The notes under the pieces are model-generated. The model did no database searches, was not told where the DNA came from, and saw only the letters and a program-made list of their open reading frames with translations. Shown piece by piece: positions 47,708-57,342 of a DNA stretch of 64,000 nt (the first letter of the stretch is position 1; each line of letters opens with the position of its first letter). Origin of the DNA: Candidatus Helarchaeota archaeon (lineage in GTDB: Archaea; Asgardarchaeota; Lokiarchaeia; Helarchaeales; RDOG01); assembly GCA_019058315.1 (NCBI GenBank), contig JAHPZH010000001.1:71938-135937 (forward strand), read 5' to 3'. A program made the position numbers and the translations under genes.

Positions 47708-48238
47708 TTGAAAAGGTCTTCTTGGCAAGGATTATTCATCTTATTTAACCTTTGTGGGATTATTCTTGCAATTTCTGGTATATTACTTGCCACGCTTGCC
47801 TTAAATGATTTCATAATTTTGGCTAATAATAGCTATATTTTTAGATTTTTTTGGGGATTCATAGAAATTTGGCTTAATTTTCTATTTTTTATTACTAGTA
47901 TTGTCCCCTTATCTCTGGATATAGTCGCGATAATTTTAAGTATTGAGGCAGCAATTTCCGTTATCAGCCTAATTCTCTTACTTGATTTTTCTCAGGTTCA
48001 AGGGTGGCGATTTAGGTTCTTAATTTTTAGTGGTATTTTTAATGTAGTACTTATTTGTATTGGATTAGGTCTATTTGATGCTACATTAATTAACGCAAAA
48101 GTGAATTGGCTACTAGGAACATTCTTCTTTACTCCTTTAACCTCCTTAGGCGGTTCAATCCCTATTTTAATAGGAGTAGCACTTATGGGTGTCAATGTAT
48201 ATATATTTTTTAGTATGAGAAAAGACAAAAATTATTAA
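47708..48238 (+). CDS. hypothetical multi-pass membrane protein
   Basis: 176 aa, TTG start, five hydrophobic helices, no motif recognised. Confidence 0.45.
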   Translation: MKRSSWQGLFILFNLCGIILAISGILLATLALNDFIILANNSYIFRFFWGFIEIWLNFLFFITSIVPLSLDIVAIILSIEAAISVISLILLLDFSQVQGWRFRFLIFSGIFNVVLICIGLGLFDATLINAKVNWLLGTFFFTPLTSLGGSIPILIGVALMGVNVYIFFSMRKDKNY

Positions 48239-48252
48239 AAATAAAGAGTTTT

Positions 48253-48945
48253 TTAAAGAACCGCGTTTCCAATTAAGTTTCCAATCTCAAAATTTTTCTG
48301 AATTTCATGTCCAATCTTTTTATACTTTTCTATTTTCGATTCTGGAACTTTTAAAATTCGTAAAAATGGCTCAATTTCATTTATTTTTGCGAAATATATT
48401 AAATCATTATTTTCTCTTACTTCCTTTATTAAATCTATTTCCTGTAGATTAAAAAGAAAATCTTGGACTATTTGAGATTTTAATTTAGACTTTTTTGCTA
48501 ATATGTTCAAATTGATACCAGGCTCTAATAAAATATATTCCAAAATCCTAAAAATCTTGTCATCTCTAAGTAAAAGAATATTATTATCTAATTCTGAATT
48601 TATTTTGAAATCAAAATAAGTTATTTTATTTTTAAATCTCCTACTTCTTATATATTCAAATTTCTCAAGCATCCTTAAGTGCCAAGCTGTCTGATGAGGC
48701 GATAACTCTAGATTTCTTTGAATATCTCTTAAATGAGCGCCTGGGCTGTTGAAAACGTATTCATAAATTTTGTTCCTTGTATTGTTATTTAAGACGGAAT
48801 CTTTTGTTATTTTAGAATCTTCAAATAAAACTTTTTTTGAAAATAATCCGTAAATCGCTTGATTAATTTCAACATTCGAATATTTTAAGTTTAAAACGGA
48901 AATAGTGTATAATTTTTCAACATTTAAAGGACTTACTTTAACCAT
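48253..48945 (-). CDS. double winged-helix (ArsR/TrmB-like) protein, copy 1; the true N-terminus may lie upstream
   Basis: Two wHTH-like units (IYEYVFNSPGAHLRDIQRNLELSPHQTAWHLRMLEKFEYI and ILEYILLEPGINLNILAKKSKLKSQIVQDFLFNLQEIDLI). It is a paralog of 52831-53580 and lies directly downstream of a giant surface protein gene. Confidence 0.65.
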   Translation of the reverse strand: MVKVSPLNVEKLYTISVLNLKYSNVEINQAIYGLFSKKVLFEDSKITKDSVLNNNTRNKIYEYVFNSPGAHLRDIQRNLELSPHQTAWHLRMLEKFEYIRSRRFKNKITYFDFKINSELDNNILLLRDDKIFRILEYILLEPGINLNILAKKSKLKSQIVQDFLFNLQEIDLIKEVRENNDLIYFAKINEIEPFLRILKVPESKIEKYKKIGHEIQKNFEIGNLIGNAVL

Positions 48946-49044
48946 TTTTTTTGCTAATTCTAATATTGACCTCTCAATGGGTAAGAGATTTAATGTTTTA
49001 ATATAAATTCACCCTAAATATATTCCTTTTAAAATAAAAAAAAA

Positions 49045-52000
49045 TTATTTGATATTCTCAAGATATCTTAGAAATTCCTCTCTTTCTTTTGGAGATAAAC
49101 TAGCTAATTCCTTTAGAATTGTTGCTTTTTCAGCGTTATCCGGAATGTTTAATTTTAAAATTCTTATTACTTCATCTTCAGATAAGAAGGAAATGTCTCG
49201 CTTTAAATCAGTTAAATATTTTTCCTTTTTGAGTCTATTTAATAAGAATTCTAAATTAGCAGAGCTATCTTTTTTATGTTCCATTCGAGGAGCTAAAGAA
49301 TCTATTTTTTTCTTCTTCTTTGCTAATTTCTGCTTCGATATTTTTTGCTGAGTTGAGGTTTGTCTTTTTCTTATTACAATAACACCCACAGTGCCAGCTG
49401 AGGCTCCTACTATTCCAATTATTATAATTATAATAGTTATTGTATTATTAGGTGGTGGTATCCAAGGAATCCTAAAAGGACCTTTTATTTTTATTTTTAT
49501 AATTAATGATTCACCTGTATTATTTGCCTCATCAACTGGAATTATTTCGTACGTATATTTTTTCTTTGAAGCGTTGAGATCCATATAATACGTTAAAGAT
49601 GTTATTCCCAAATATTCTCCGTCTCTTCGAATAATATAATTTACAGAATTATTATCTGCCGATGGAAACCATGAAATTGTGATATTACCTGATTGGATTA
49701 TAACGCTTTTATATGTTGGTTTTGTGGGAGGAGTATCATCGAATGTTAAAATTATTGTCGTTATATTTTGATTCCCGAATGTATCATTAGCTCTTATCCA
49801 AAATTGAACTACTTGATCACTATTGAAACTTGATAAATCAATATCGAAAGAACCAACAAATGAATTTGTCCAAGTTAACTGTGTAACATTTGCCCTCCAT
49901 TCCACAGTTGAAATATCTAGATTATCATCAGTAATAGTCAGATATATAAAGGCTGGCTTATTTAAGACTGTTTCATTCTGAGGAGAATCTAAGACAATTG
50001 AAGGGTTAATACTATCTGTATCCCATGTTGCAATATCCAAAACCCTCGCCGATTCACCAGTTATTGTATGTGTGTCATTATAGATAACCATAACAGTATC
50101 TCCAACTTGAACCAAGATTATATCTGAAGGATCGTTACTTGAACTCGTACTAAATGTGAAATTCCCTGTAAATATGCCAGTAGTTGGTCCAGTCTCACCT
50201 AACTGAACTATTATGCCAGAATTATCACTAGAACTATTTACATTGACATCAACATAATCATTTCCACCCGTTGTATCTAGATCTGAATCTATTACTGTTA
50301 TCATAGCAACTGTTCCTGTTCCGTAATATGCAGTTGAATCCAAAGTTATGGATCCTGTTACTGTTTCGATCCAGGTTGCTGTATCTACCATTTGTGCTGA
50401 AGCACCAGTAACATCATATAAGTCATTATAAATCACCATAATTATGTCCCCATCTTGAGCACGAATAATATCCAAAAGATCACTACTAAAGTTACTGCTG
50501 AATGTGAAATTTCCCATAAATATACCTGTCGTTGAACCAATTTCAGTTAATTGAACATATATTCCACCCACGTCACTTGAACTATTAACAAGCACTGTTG
50601 CATTATCAGGCGAAGCCGATATGTCTAGATCTGAATCATTTAACATTATATTCGCAACAGCATCTGTTCCATAGTAAGTTGCTGAATCTAAATTTACGAT
50701 ACCAGTAACTGTCTCAATCCAAATGGCTGTATCATTTAAGCTATCATGAATTACCATGATAGTATCACCATCTTGAGCCCAAATAATATCTAAAGGATCG
50801 TTGCTTGAAGTAGTGCTAAATGTAAAAGTTCCGCTAAATATAGCTGAATTGACTGCTGTTTCAAATAATTGAACCATTATACCTGGATTATCACTTGTGC
50901 TATTTACAGTTACGTTTACATTTTCAATAATTGTAGAATTCAAATTATAACTACTATCAATAACCGTTATAGTTGCTATTGCTGCTGTTCCATAGTAGTA
51001 TGTTGAATCAAGATCTAAAGTTATAGTCACTGTATCTATCCAGATTGCAGTATCTTTTGGTTGTGCGAAAGCTCCAGTAATTGTATGTGAATCATTATAC
51101 ATTGACATAATAGTATCACCATCTTGAGCCCAGATTATATCTGCAGCATCATTACTTGAGGTATTGTTGAATGTAAAACTTCCAATAAAAATGCCTGTAG
51201 TAGCTCCAGTTTCATCTAAACGAACAACAATTCCAGTAGGATCGGAGGTACTATTTACATTCACATCTACATAATCCATTGCTCCCGTTACATCCAGATC
51301 TGAGTCGACAACTGTTATAGTAGCTATAGCCCCAGATCCAACATAAGTAGGAGAATCTAGATCTATGGTTCCTGTAACTGTTGCAATCCAAATTGCACTA
51401 TCTAATGTTTGGGCTGGCATACCTGTTACAGTGTGAGAATCATTATACCTCGTAGTTATTATATCACCATCTAGAGCTAAAATTATATCTAAAGGGTCAT
51501 TACTTGCGGTAGTGCTAAATGTGAAAGTCCCCATAAATACTCCTGTTGTTGGACCTGTTTCAATTAATTGGACATTTATACCAACAATATCGCTTGTACT
51601 GTAAACATCTACGCCTACGCTATCAGGCGCCCCCGTTATATCTAGATCCGAGTCGCTTACTGCAATAACAGCAATTGCTGCTGTTCCATAATATTGAACC
51701 TCATCTAAAATTATGGTTCCAGTCACCGTCTCAACCCAAGTCGCGGTATCTGTAACATTATCATGAATAGCCATAATAGTGTCTCCGTCTTGAGCCCAGA
51801 TTATATCCGCAGGATCGTTGCTTACTATAGTACTAAATGTAAAAAAGCCTGTAAAATAACTTGTATTAACTCCAGTTTCAGTTAATTGAACAGAAATACC
51901 CGTGATATCAGTTGAACTATTAACACTAACATTTACGATATCAAGAATTGTAGGATTTAAATTATAACTAGTATCAAAAACCGTTATATTAGCGATTGCC

Positions 52001-52527
52001 GAGACTCCATAATAAGTAGTAGCATCTAATTCTATAGTTTTACTTGCTGATTCTAACCATGTTGCACTATCGCTTAGACTAACATTGTCATGTGCAACAA
52101 TAGTATCACCATTTTGAACTAGAATAATACCCAATGTATAATTACTTTCAACTGTGCTAAATGTAAAATTCCCTATGAATATACTAGTATTATATCCAGT
52201 TTCTATTAAATCAATTATGATACCAATAGAATCACTAGAACTATTTACGAATATCCACGCAGTATCATTGGCTCCCTCATCAAAATTATATAATTCCTCA
52301 TTTAGGGTTATGGTAGCAACTGCACTCGTTCCATAATAAACTTCAGCATCTAAATTAAGTGTTCCCCTAATTTCCATGGTATAACTATCATTTTCATAAG
52401 GCATAGAAAGTATTGAACTATTTAAATTACTTGAAGAGATCAAATTTGCAAAACTTATGAAAAATATTACTGTTATTGTAAAAGTCAAAGCTATCTTAAG
52501 TCTTTTATTTTTCATTTTACTCACCAA
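49045..52527 (-). CDS. giant (1160 aa) repeat surface protein with an Fn3-like domain, a TM segment and a conserved cytoplasmic tail
   Basis: Signal/anchor N-terminus, seven ~105-115-aa repeats, a membrane-proximal region shared with 53637-56432, TM (IIIIIIGIVGASAGTVGVIVI), and a ~130-aa cytoplasmic tail. Confidence 0.85.
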   Translation of the reverse strand: MVSKMKNKRLKIALTFTITVIFFISFANLISSSNLNSSILSMPYENDSYTMEIRGTLNLDAEVYYGTSAVATITLNEELYNFDEGANDTAWIFVNSSSDSIGIIIDLIETGYNTSIFIGNFTFSTVESNYTLGIILVQNGDTIVAHDNVSLSDSATWLESASKTIELDATTYYGVSAIANITVFDTSYNLNPTILDIVNVSVNSSTDITGISVQLTETGVNTSYFTGFFTFSTIVSNDPADIIWAQDGDTIMAIHDNVTDTATWVETVTGTIILDEVQYYGTAAIAVIAVSDSDLDITGAPDSVGVDVYSTSDIVGINVQLIETGPTTGVFMGTFTFSTTASNDPLDIILALDGDIITTRYNDSHTVTGMPAQTLDSAIWIATVTGTIDLDSPTYVGSGAIATITVVDSDLDVTGAMDYVDVNVNSTSDPTGIVVRLDETGATTGIFIGSFTFNNTSSNDAADIIWAQDGDTIMSMYNDSHTITGAFAQPKDTAIWIDTVTITLDLDSTYYYGTAAIATITVIDSSYNLNSTIIENVNVTVNSTSDNPGIMVQLFETAVNSAIFSGTFTFSTTSSNDPLDIIWAQDGDTIMVIHDSLNDTAIWIETVTGIVNLDSATYYGTDAVANIMLNDSDLDISASPDNATVLVNSSSDVGGIYVQLTEIGSTTGIFMGNFTFSSNFSSDLLDIIRAQDGDIIMVIYNDLYDVTGASAQMVDTATWIETVTGSITLDSTAYYGTGTVAMITVIDSDLDTTGGNDYVDVNVNSSSDNSGIIVQLGETGPTTGIFTGNFTFSTSSSNDPSDIILVQVGDTVMVIYNDTHTITGESARVLDIATWDTDSINPSIVLDSPQNETVLNKPAFIYLTITDDNLDISTVEWRANVTQLTWTNSFVGSFDIDLSSFNSDQVVQFWIRANDTFGNQNITTIILTFDDTPPTKPTYKSVIIQSGNITISWFPSADNNSVNYIIRRDGEYLGITSLTYYMDLNASKKKYTYEIIPVDEANNTGESLIIKIKIKGPFRIPWIPPPNNTITIIIIIIGIVGASAGTVGVIVIRKRQTSTQQKISKQKLAKKKKKIDSLAPRMEHKKDSSANLEFLLNRLKKEKYLTDLKRDISFLSEDEVIRILKLNIPDNAEKATILKELASLSPKEREEFLRYLENIK
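50037..52380 (-). repeat. seven tandem ~105-115-aa coding repeats (beta-sandwich-like)
   Basis: The unit A-W-ETVTG-I-LDS--YYGT-AIA-ITV-DSDLD-TG--D-V-VNVNS-SD--GI-VQL-ETG-TTGIF-G-FTFST--SND--DII-AQDGDTIM--YND recurs seven times. Confidence 0.8.
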
Positions 52528-52577
52528 AACGAAGATAAGTCATTATCCTATCTTATTACTAATTTCCGATTTTTTCT

Positions 52578-52600
52578 CTTATAAATGCGTTTGGTTCAAT
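52578..52600 (-). promoter_or_regulatory. putative TATA-box promoter with a conserved upstream block (copy 1)
   Basis: The minus strand reads ATTGAACCAAACGCATTTATAAG about 52-74 nt upstream of the 52527 start. About 19 of 23 positions match the element at 56508-56530, against an otherwise unalignable AT-rich spacer. Confidence 0.35.
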
Positions 52601-52830
52601 ATTTCTTTTAAGGAAATAGTATATCTAATTTAAATAATGGTGTTTAAGCCAATTATGGACATAATCTATAAAAAAATGTTTAAATTAACTATTTTAAATT
52701 AAAATTACATAAATATTAAATTAATCAAATTATTTAATTTCATTTAAAAATGAAAATTCATCAAATTTTAATTGAAATTAAAAAATATCTAGTTTTGGAT
52801 ATTAAAAAAAATGAACAATGAAAATACTTA

Positions 52831-53580
52831 TTATTTAGTAATTAATCCCCAATCTCCCTTTGAAATTATGTTATTGTTATTTATACATTTTAGAGTTTCT
52901 ATTTCTCTGTACTTTTTTATTTTTACTTCTGGAACTTTTAATATTTTTAATATTGGCTCAATTTTTTCCATTTTTCCAAAATATCTTAGAGTATCTTTTT
53001 CTAATGCTCCAAATACTAAATCTAGCGATTGTAGATTAAAAGTAATATTCTCAACAACTTCCGCCTTTATTTTAGCGTTCTTTGCTAATGTATTTAAATC
53101 AATACCAGGCTCTAATAAAATATTTTTTAAAACTCTCAAAAAACTTACATCCCTAAGCATAAAAATGGATTTAAATAATTCAGGATTAATTTTAAAATTA
53201 AAATAGGTTATTTTATTGCTAATTTTATTTTTTCTAATAAAACCAAATTCTTCAAGCATTTCTAAATGCCAAATAGTTTGATGAATTGATAAATCCAGAG
53301 TTCTTTGAATTTCTCTAAAATGAGAGCCAGGGTTACTGGAAATATATTCAAAAATTTTATTCCTTATTTGATTTTTGAGGGCTGTATCTTTTGTAATTTT
53401 AGATCCTTTAACTAATATTCTTTTTGAAAATAGTTGGTAAATGGCTTGACTAATTTCACTATTATCATATCTTAAATTCAAAATTGATATAGTATATAAT
53501 CTTTCAATATTTATTGGACCTATTTTCAATAATTTTTTAGCCAATTTTAAAACTGATCTCTCGATTGGTGAAAGGTTCAA
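52831..53580 (-). CDS. double winged-helix (ArsR/TrmB-like) protein, copy 2
   Basis: 249 aa, collinear with 48253-48945 (IFEYISSNPGSHFREIQRTLDLSIHQTIWHLEMLEEFGFI; LKNILLEPGIDLNTLAKNAKIKAEVV). It lies directly downstream of the giant gene 53637-56432. Confidence 0.65.
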   Translation of the reverse strand: MNLSPIERSVLKLAKKLLKIGPINIERLYTISILNLRYDNSEISQAIYQLFSKRILVKGSKITKDTALKNQIRNKIFEYISSNPGSHFREIQRTLDLSIHQTIWHLEMLEEFGFIRKNKISNKITYFNFKINPELFKSIFMLRDVSFLRVLKNILLEPGIDLNTLAKNAKIKAEVVENITFNLQSLDLVFGALEKDTLRYFGKMEKIEPILKILKVPEVKIKKYREIETLKCINNNNIISKGDWGLITK

Positions 53581-53636
53581 TTGGCTTATTTTATATTCAC
53601 CTCAAAATTAATTACGTTTAAAAATTAAAAAAATTT

Positions 53637-56432
53637 TCAATTATCTTGAAAATTTTCGAGTGCTTCTATTAATTTTCTTCTTTTTTTTGGATTTAAATTT
53701 GCTAATTCCTCTAATATTAGTGTTATATCTGAAAAATTAAAAATATTTAATTGTAAAATTCTTTTTAATTCGTCATTAGATACTACAGTAATTTCTTGCT
53801 TGAAATTATCTAAATAATTTTCTTCTTTAAGATTTTTAAATAAACTATTAAGAGCAGCAACATTATCCGTCCCAAATTTTGTTCGAGGAATTAATAAACT
53901 CATTCCTTTCTTTCCTTTTTTTCTTTTATCCAACTTTAACTTTTTTCCTTTTGTTGGAATGATATTTCGTCTTTTTCGTATTATTAAAACACTTGAACCA
54001 CAAACAGCGCTTCCTACTATCCCTAAGATTATTATTATGATAATTTTACCATTGTCTGGAGGAGGAAACAGAAATGGGGGGAGCTTAATTGGACCAATAA
54101 TTCTGAATTTAATTATTAGTGCCTCACCTGTATTATTTGCTTCATCGACTGGAATTATTTCATATTTATATTTTCCATGGCTTAAATTCTCAAGTTCTCT
54201 ATAATAATTTAAAGTTGTATTTCCCAAGTATAGACCATTTCTCCAAATTTGGTAAAATACAACATTATTATCTGAAGAGGCAGTCCATGAGAGAGTAATA
54301 TTACCTTGCTGAATTGTTATTGCTGGATTCGTAGGTTTAGTTGGAGAAGTATCATCAAATGTTAAAATAATAGTTATTGAACTCTGAGTTCCGACTATAT
54401 CACTTGCTCTTATCCAAAATTGAATTACTTGGTCACTTGTAAAACTTGATAAACCAATATCATAAGAACCAATAAAAGAATTAGTCCAGCTGGTTTGGGT
54501 TACATTTGCTTTCCATTCTACAGAAGAAGAGTTCAAATTATCATCAGTTATAGTCAGATTAATATAAGCAGGTTTATTTATTACTGTTGCGTTCATAGGT
54601 GAGTTCAAGATAATTGAAGGTGCTGTATTATTAATTGCAGAAATAATACCTACATTAAGCAACAAATCTGTTTTATATCTTCTATATTCAAGTTTTGCTC
54701 TTTCAAGATCTGAAACATTATCAAACATATCATAAATAAATCTAAAATTATAAGGTTCCGTAGCTAGTAGATCCCCTTCACTAGCCGTGATGCCACCACC
54801 ACACACTCCCAGTTCAGTATAAGATGATATGTCATTATAATACATATAAGGTGTAGTTCCAAATGAAGAAAGAGGATCAACAAATTCTTTTCTTGGTAAA
54901 TAAGCCCAAAATCCTCCATGTGTCTGCGAAGCAACCATAACATAATCTGGAAGTCCCTCATTAGAAGCAGGCGGAACTTGACCTGGATCTAATGTCGGGT
55001 TTCCTCCGTTTTGTAAATCATCATCTGTGTCACTACCATTAAAATATAGATATTTTTCATTACTAATTGTATAATTGGGATTGGCATCTCCAGGAGTATA
55101 TCCAGGATAACCTCCGGGATTACCACCAAGAACTGCAGAAAAATCGTCTCTTATGGAAGAATTAATTCTGATAGTCTCTAAATAAAGACATATAGGGTCA
55201 TAAGTGACACTAAGACCTACTTCGGGAAGATCTATTTCTATTTTGGTTTCACTTGTTTGTTCCATATTATTATAAAAATGATTCTCCAGCGTAGCGTGAA
55301 TGTATACATCTACATCTACCGAAAAAACGGTCAAACCAACATGTATATATGTCTGTTTCAATAAAATAACACGGATAGGACCATTCTTAATTGCCAATCG
55401 GTCGCCTTCTGTATCCCAACCAACCCAACCTCGGGTATTTGAAGGATCTGGCGAAGATAGTTGAATAGCTTCTTCATTTGGATTATCTATTCCACATGCT
55501 GTACCATTGTAATATATTCCAGACCAATTGCCATGTGTCATCAAATCCAAATGAAATGTTCCAAAAATGGGAATATTAATCTGAACTGACCCAAAGCTTT
55601 TCGAACCTTCTTCTAATATATCCATTCCATCAGAACTTGGAGATAATATTCTTAATAAATTCCGAATATCTGGATCATAAGCATCAAAACTTGTTTGATA
55701 AGTTTGAGTAGTTATAGTCAAATTGGATGGATCCCAATTCACATAACTTTCATATAGGGGTATCCCTTGGCCGGTTTCATTATTATAATAAATATACATA
55801 AATGATTGCCCTCCATCAACAGGATCGGTTATGTTAATATTTATTCTATAAGGAAAATTCGATTCATTCCACCAAACTGTAGATGGAACCCATTTCCCAT
55901 TTTCTGCATAAAAACAAATTTCATCATCATAATCTATAGCATATGGTATTTGAAGTCCAGTATCTCTACCATATGGATCAGTCGGTTCATAATTATTTGA
56001 ACCATTTTGAGAAACATAAGTATAAGAATAATTAAGTATAGGTCCATTTTGCCATGTTAAAATCCACCCCTTCTCATCTATTTGAAATGGAACTTCAATC
56101 CATTGATTTGAAGTATTATAGTATAAAATTCGAATGTGACTTTCATTCAAACCTTCTAAAGCATTAAATATATACGGACTTTCAATCATTTGTATTATTA
56201 TAGGATAACCAACCCTTGTTAAATTAGGATTATTTGCATCATTAGTAGTTAAATCAAGAATTTCTTCTTTAGGAATATTGATTTCGTTAGCCATATTATT
56301 ATAATTAATAGGAGGTATAGTAATATTATAATTATAGAGAGAGATAATATTAGCAGTAGTAAACAAAAATATTGCTGCAACCGTTAAAATTAGGGAAATT
56401 TTAAATTTTTTATTTTTCAAATTCTTCACCAT
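53637..56432 (-). CDS. large (931 aa) surface protein with a unique N-terminal domain and the shared Fn3-like/TM/cytoplasmic-tail region
   Basis: Anchor N-terminus and a ~600-aa non-repetitive sequon-rich domain. From SIILNSPMNATVINKPAY onward it is collinear with the C-terminal ~320 aa of 49045-52527, including the TM and tail. Confidence 0.85.
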   Translation of the reverse strand: MVKNLKNKKFKISLILTVAAIFLFTTANIISLYNYNITIPPINYNNMANEINIPKEEILDLTTNDANNPNLTRVGYPIIIQMIESPYIFNALEGLNESHIRILYYNTSNQWIEVPFQIDEKGWILTWQNGPILNYSYTYVSQNGSNNYEPTDPYGRDTGLQIPYAIDYDDEICFYAENGKWVPSTVWWNESNFPYRININITDPVDGGQSFMYIYYNNETGQGIPLYESYVNWDPSNLTITTQTYQTSFDAYDPDIRNLLRILSPSSDGMDILEEGSKSFGSVQINIPIFGTFHLDLMTHGNWSGIYYNGTACGIDNPNEEAIQLSSPDPSNTRGWVGWDTEGDRLAIKNGPIRVILLKQTYIHVGLTVFSVDVDVYIHATLENHFYNNMEQTSETKIEIDLPEVGLSVTYDPICLYLETIRINSSIRDDFSAVLGGNPGGYPGYTPGDANPNYTISNEKYLYFNGSDTDDDLQNGGNPTLDPGQVPPASNEGLPDYVMVASQTHGGFWAYLPRKEFVDPLSSFGTTPYMYYNDISSYTELGVCGGGITASEGDLLATEPYNFRFIYDMFDNVSDLERAKLEYRRYKTDLLLNVGIISAINNTAPSIILNSPMNATVINKPAYINLTITDDNLNSSSVEWKANVTQTSWTNSFIGSYDIGLSSFTSDQVIQFWIRASDIVGTQSSITIILTFDDTSPTKPTNPAITIQQGNITLSWTASSDNNVVFYQIWRNGLYLGNTTLNYYRELENLSHGKYKYEIIPVDEANNTGEALIIKFRIIGPIKLPPFLFPPPDNGKIIIIIILGIVGSAVCGSSVLIIRKRRNIIPTKGKKLKLDKRKKGKKGMSLLIPRTKFGTDNVAALNSLFKNLKEENYLDNFKQEITVVSNDELKRILQLNIFNFSDITLILEELANLNPKKRRKLIEALENFQDN

Positions 56433-56507
56433 TATTGAATTCTTATATTTTAAATGGCAAAAATATAAAATCCAGCATCTTATTTGATATAAAAATTTAA
56501 TTTATTC

Positions 56508-56530
56508 TTTATAAATGGGTCTGGAACAAT
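56508..56530 (-). promoter_or_regulatory. putative TATA-box promoter with a conserved upstream block (copy 2)
   Basis: The minus strand reads ATTGTTCCAGACCCATTTATAAAG about 76-98 nt upstream of the 56432 start. It matches 52578-52600. Confidence 0.35.
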
Positions 56531-56643
56531 CTAAAATTAAAAATTCAATAGCTTTACATCTATTGATTATGTTTAGAAAGTGGAAAAAGAATAAAAATTG
56601 AAATCAGTTAAAATTTTTTCCTTAATTAGAAAATAAAAATGTT

Positions 56644-57300
56644 TTAGATATTCTTAAAATAAAATTTTGAATTATTTAATAGTTCGAGAACTTCATTTTC
56701 ATTTAAATCATACCAATGTTTATATGCCGAAGCTACTGCAAAATATCTTGTCCTTCTTATGTCAGGACAAATTAAATCATCTATTAAAGGACCGACTTTA
56801 TCAACTGAACTTCCAGAAGCAGTAGGAACGGCAACAATAATTTTACTAATTGACCTTTTTTTAATTGAATTAATTGCTGCTATCATAGTAAAACCAGAAG
56901 CAAGACCATCATCAACCAAAATCACATCCTTATCCGTAAGATCCAAAAATTTCTCGTCTGATTTATATAAAGAAATTCTATCTTTAATTTCCTTCATTGT
57001 CTTTTCAGCTTGCTTTTTAATTTGGTCTTCAGTTAGTCCTAAAGCCATTACTAAACCTTTATTTAAAATAATTTCTCCATCTCTTGTAATTGACCCAAAA
57101 CCAGCTTCTGTATTCCACGGAATTTTGATTTTTCTAATAATGAGAATATCAAATGGTATTTTTAATATATCCGATATTTCCTTGGCAACAGGAACTCCAC
57201 CATTTGGGATTGCTAGGATTACTGCATTTTTTAAATACAGTTCGTCTTTAAGTTTTTCAGCTAAAACCCTTCCAGCATGAAACCTAGTTTCATAAATCAT
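56644..57300 (-). CDS. phosphoribosyltransferase (type I PRTase) family protein
   Basis: PRPP-binding loop VILVDDGLASGFTMIAA. 218 aa. Confidence 0.8.
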   Translation of the reverse strand: MIYETRFHAGRVLAEKLKDELYLKNAVILAIPNGGVPVAKEISDILKIPFDILIIRKIKIPWNTEAGFGSITRDGEIILNKGLVMALGLTEDQIKKQAEKTMKEIKDRISLYKSDEKFLDLTDKDVILVDDGLASGFTMIAAINSIKKRSISKIIVAVPTASGSSVDKVGPLIDDLICPDIRRTRYFAVASAYKHWYDLNENEVLELLNNSKFYFKNI

Positions 57301-57342
57301 TTGCTTTTAATCACCGAATTAAAAAATTGCTTATTGGACCTT

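Noticed and set aside
48253-56432. The duplicated 4-kb module as a mobile element or integrated island.
   Set aside because: There is no integrase, transposase, terminal inverted or direct repeat, or tRNA attachment site. The copies have diverged ectodomains and look like an ordinary tandem gene duplication.
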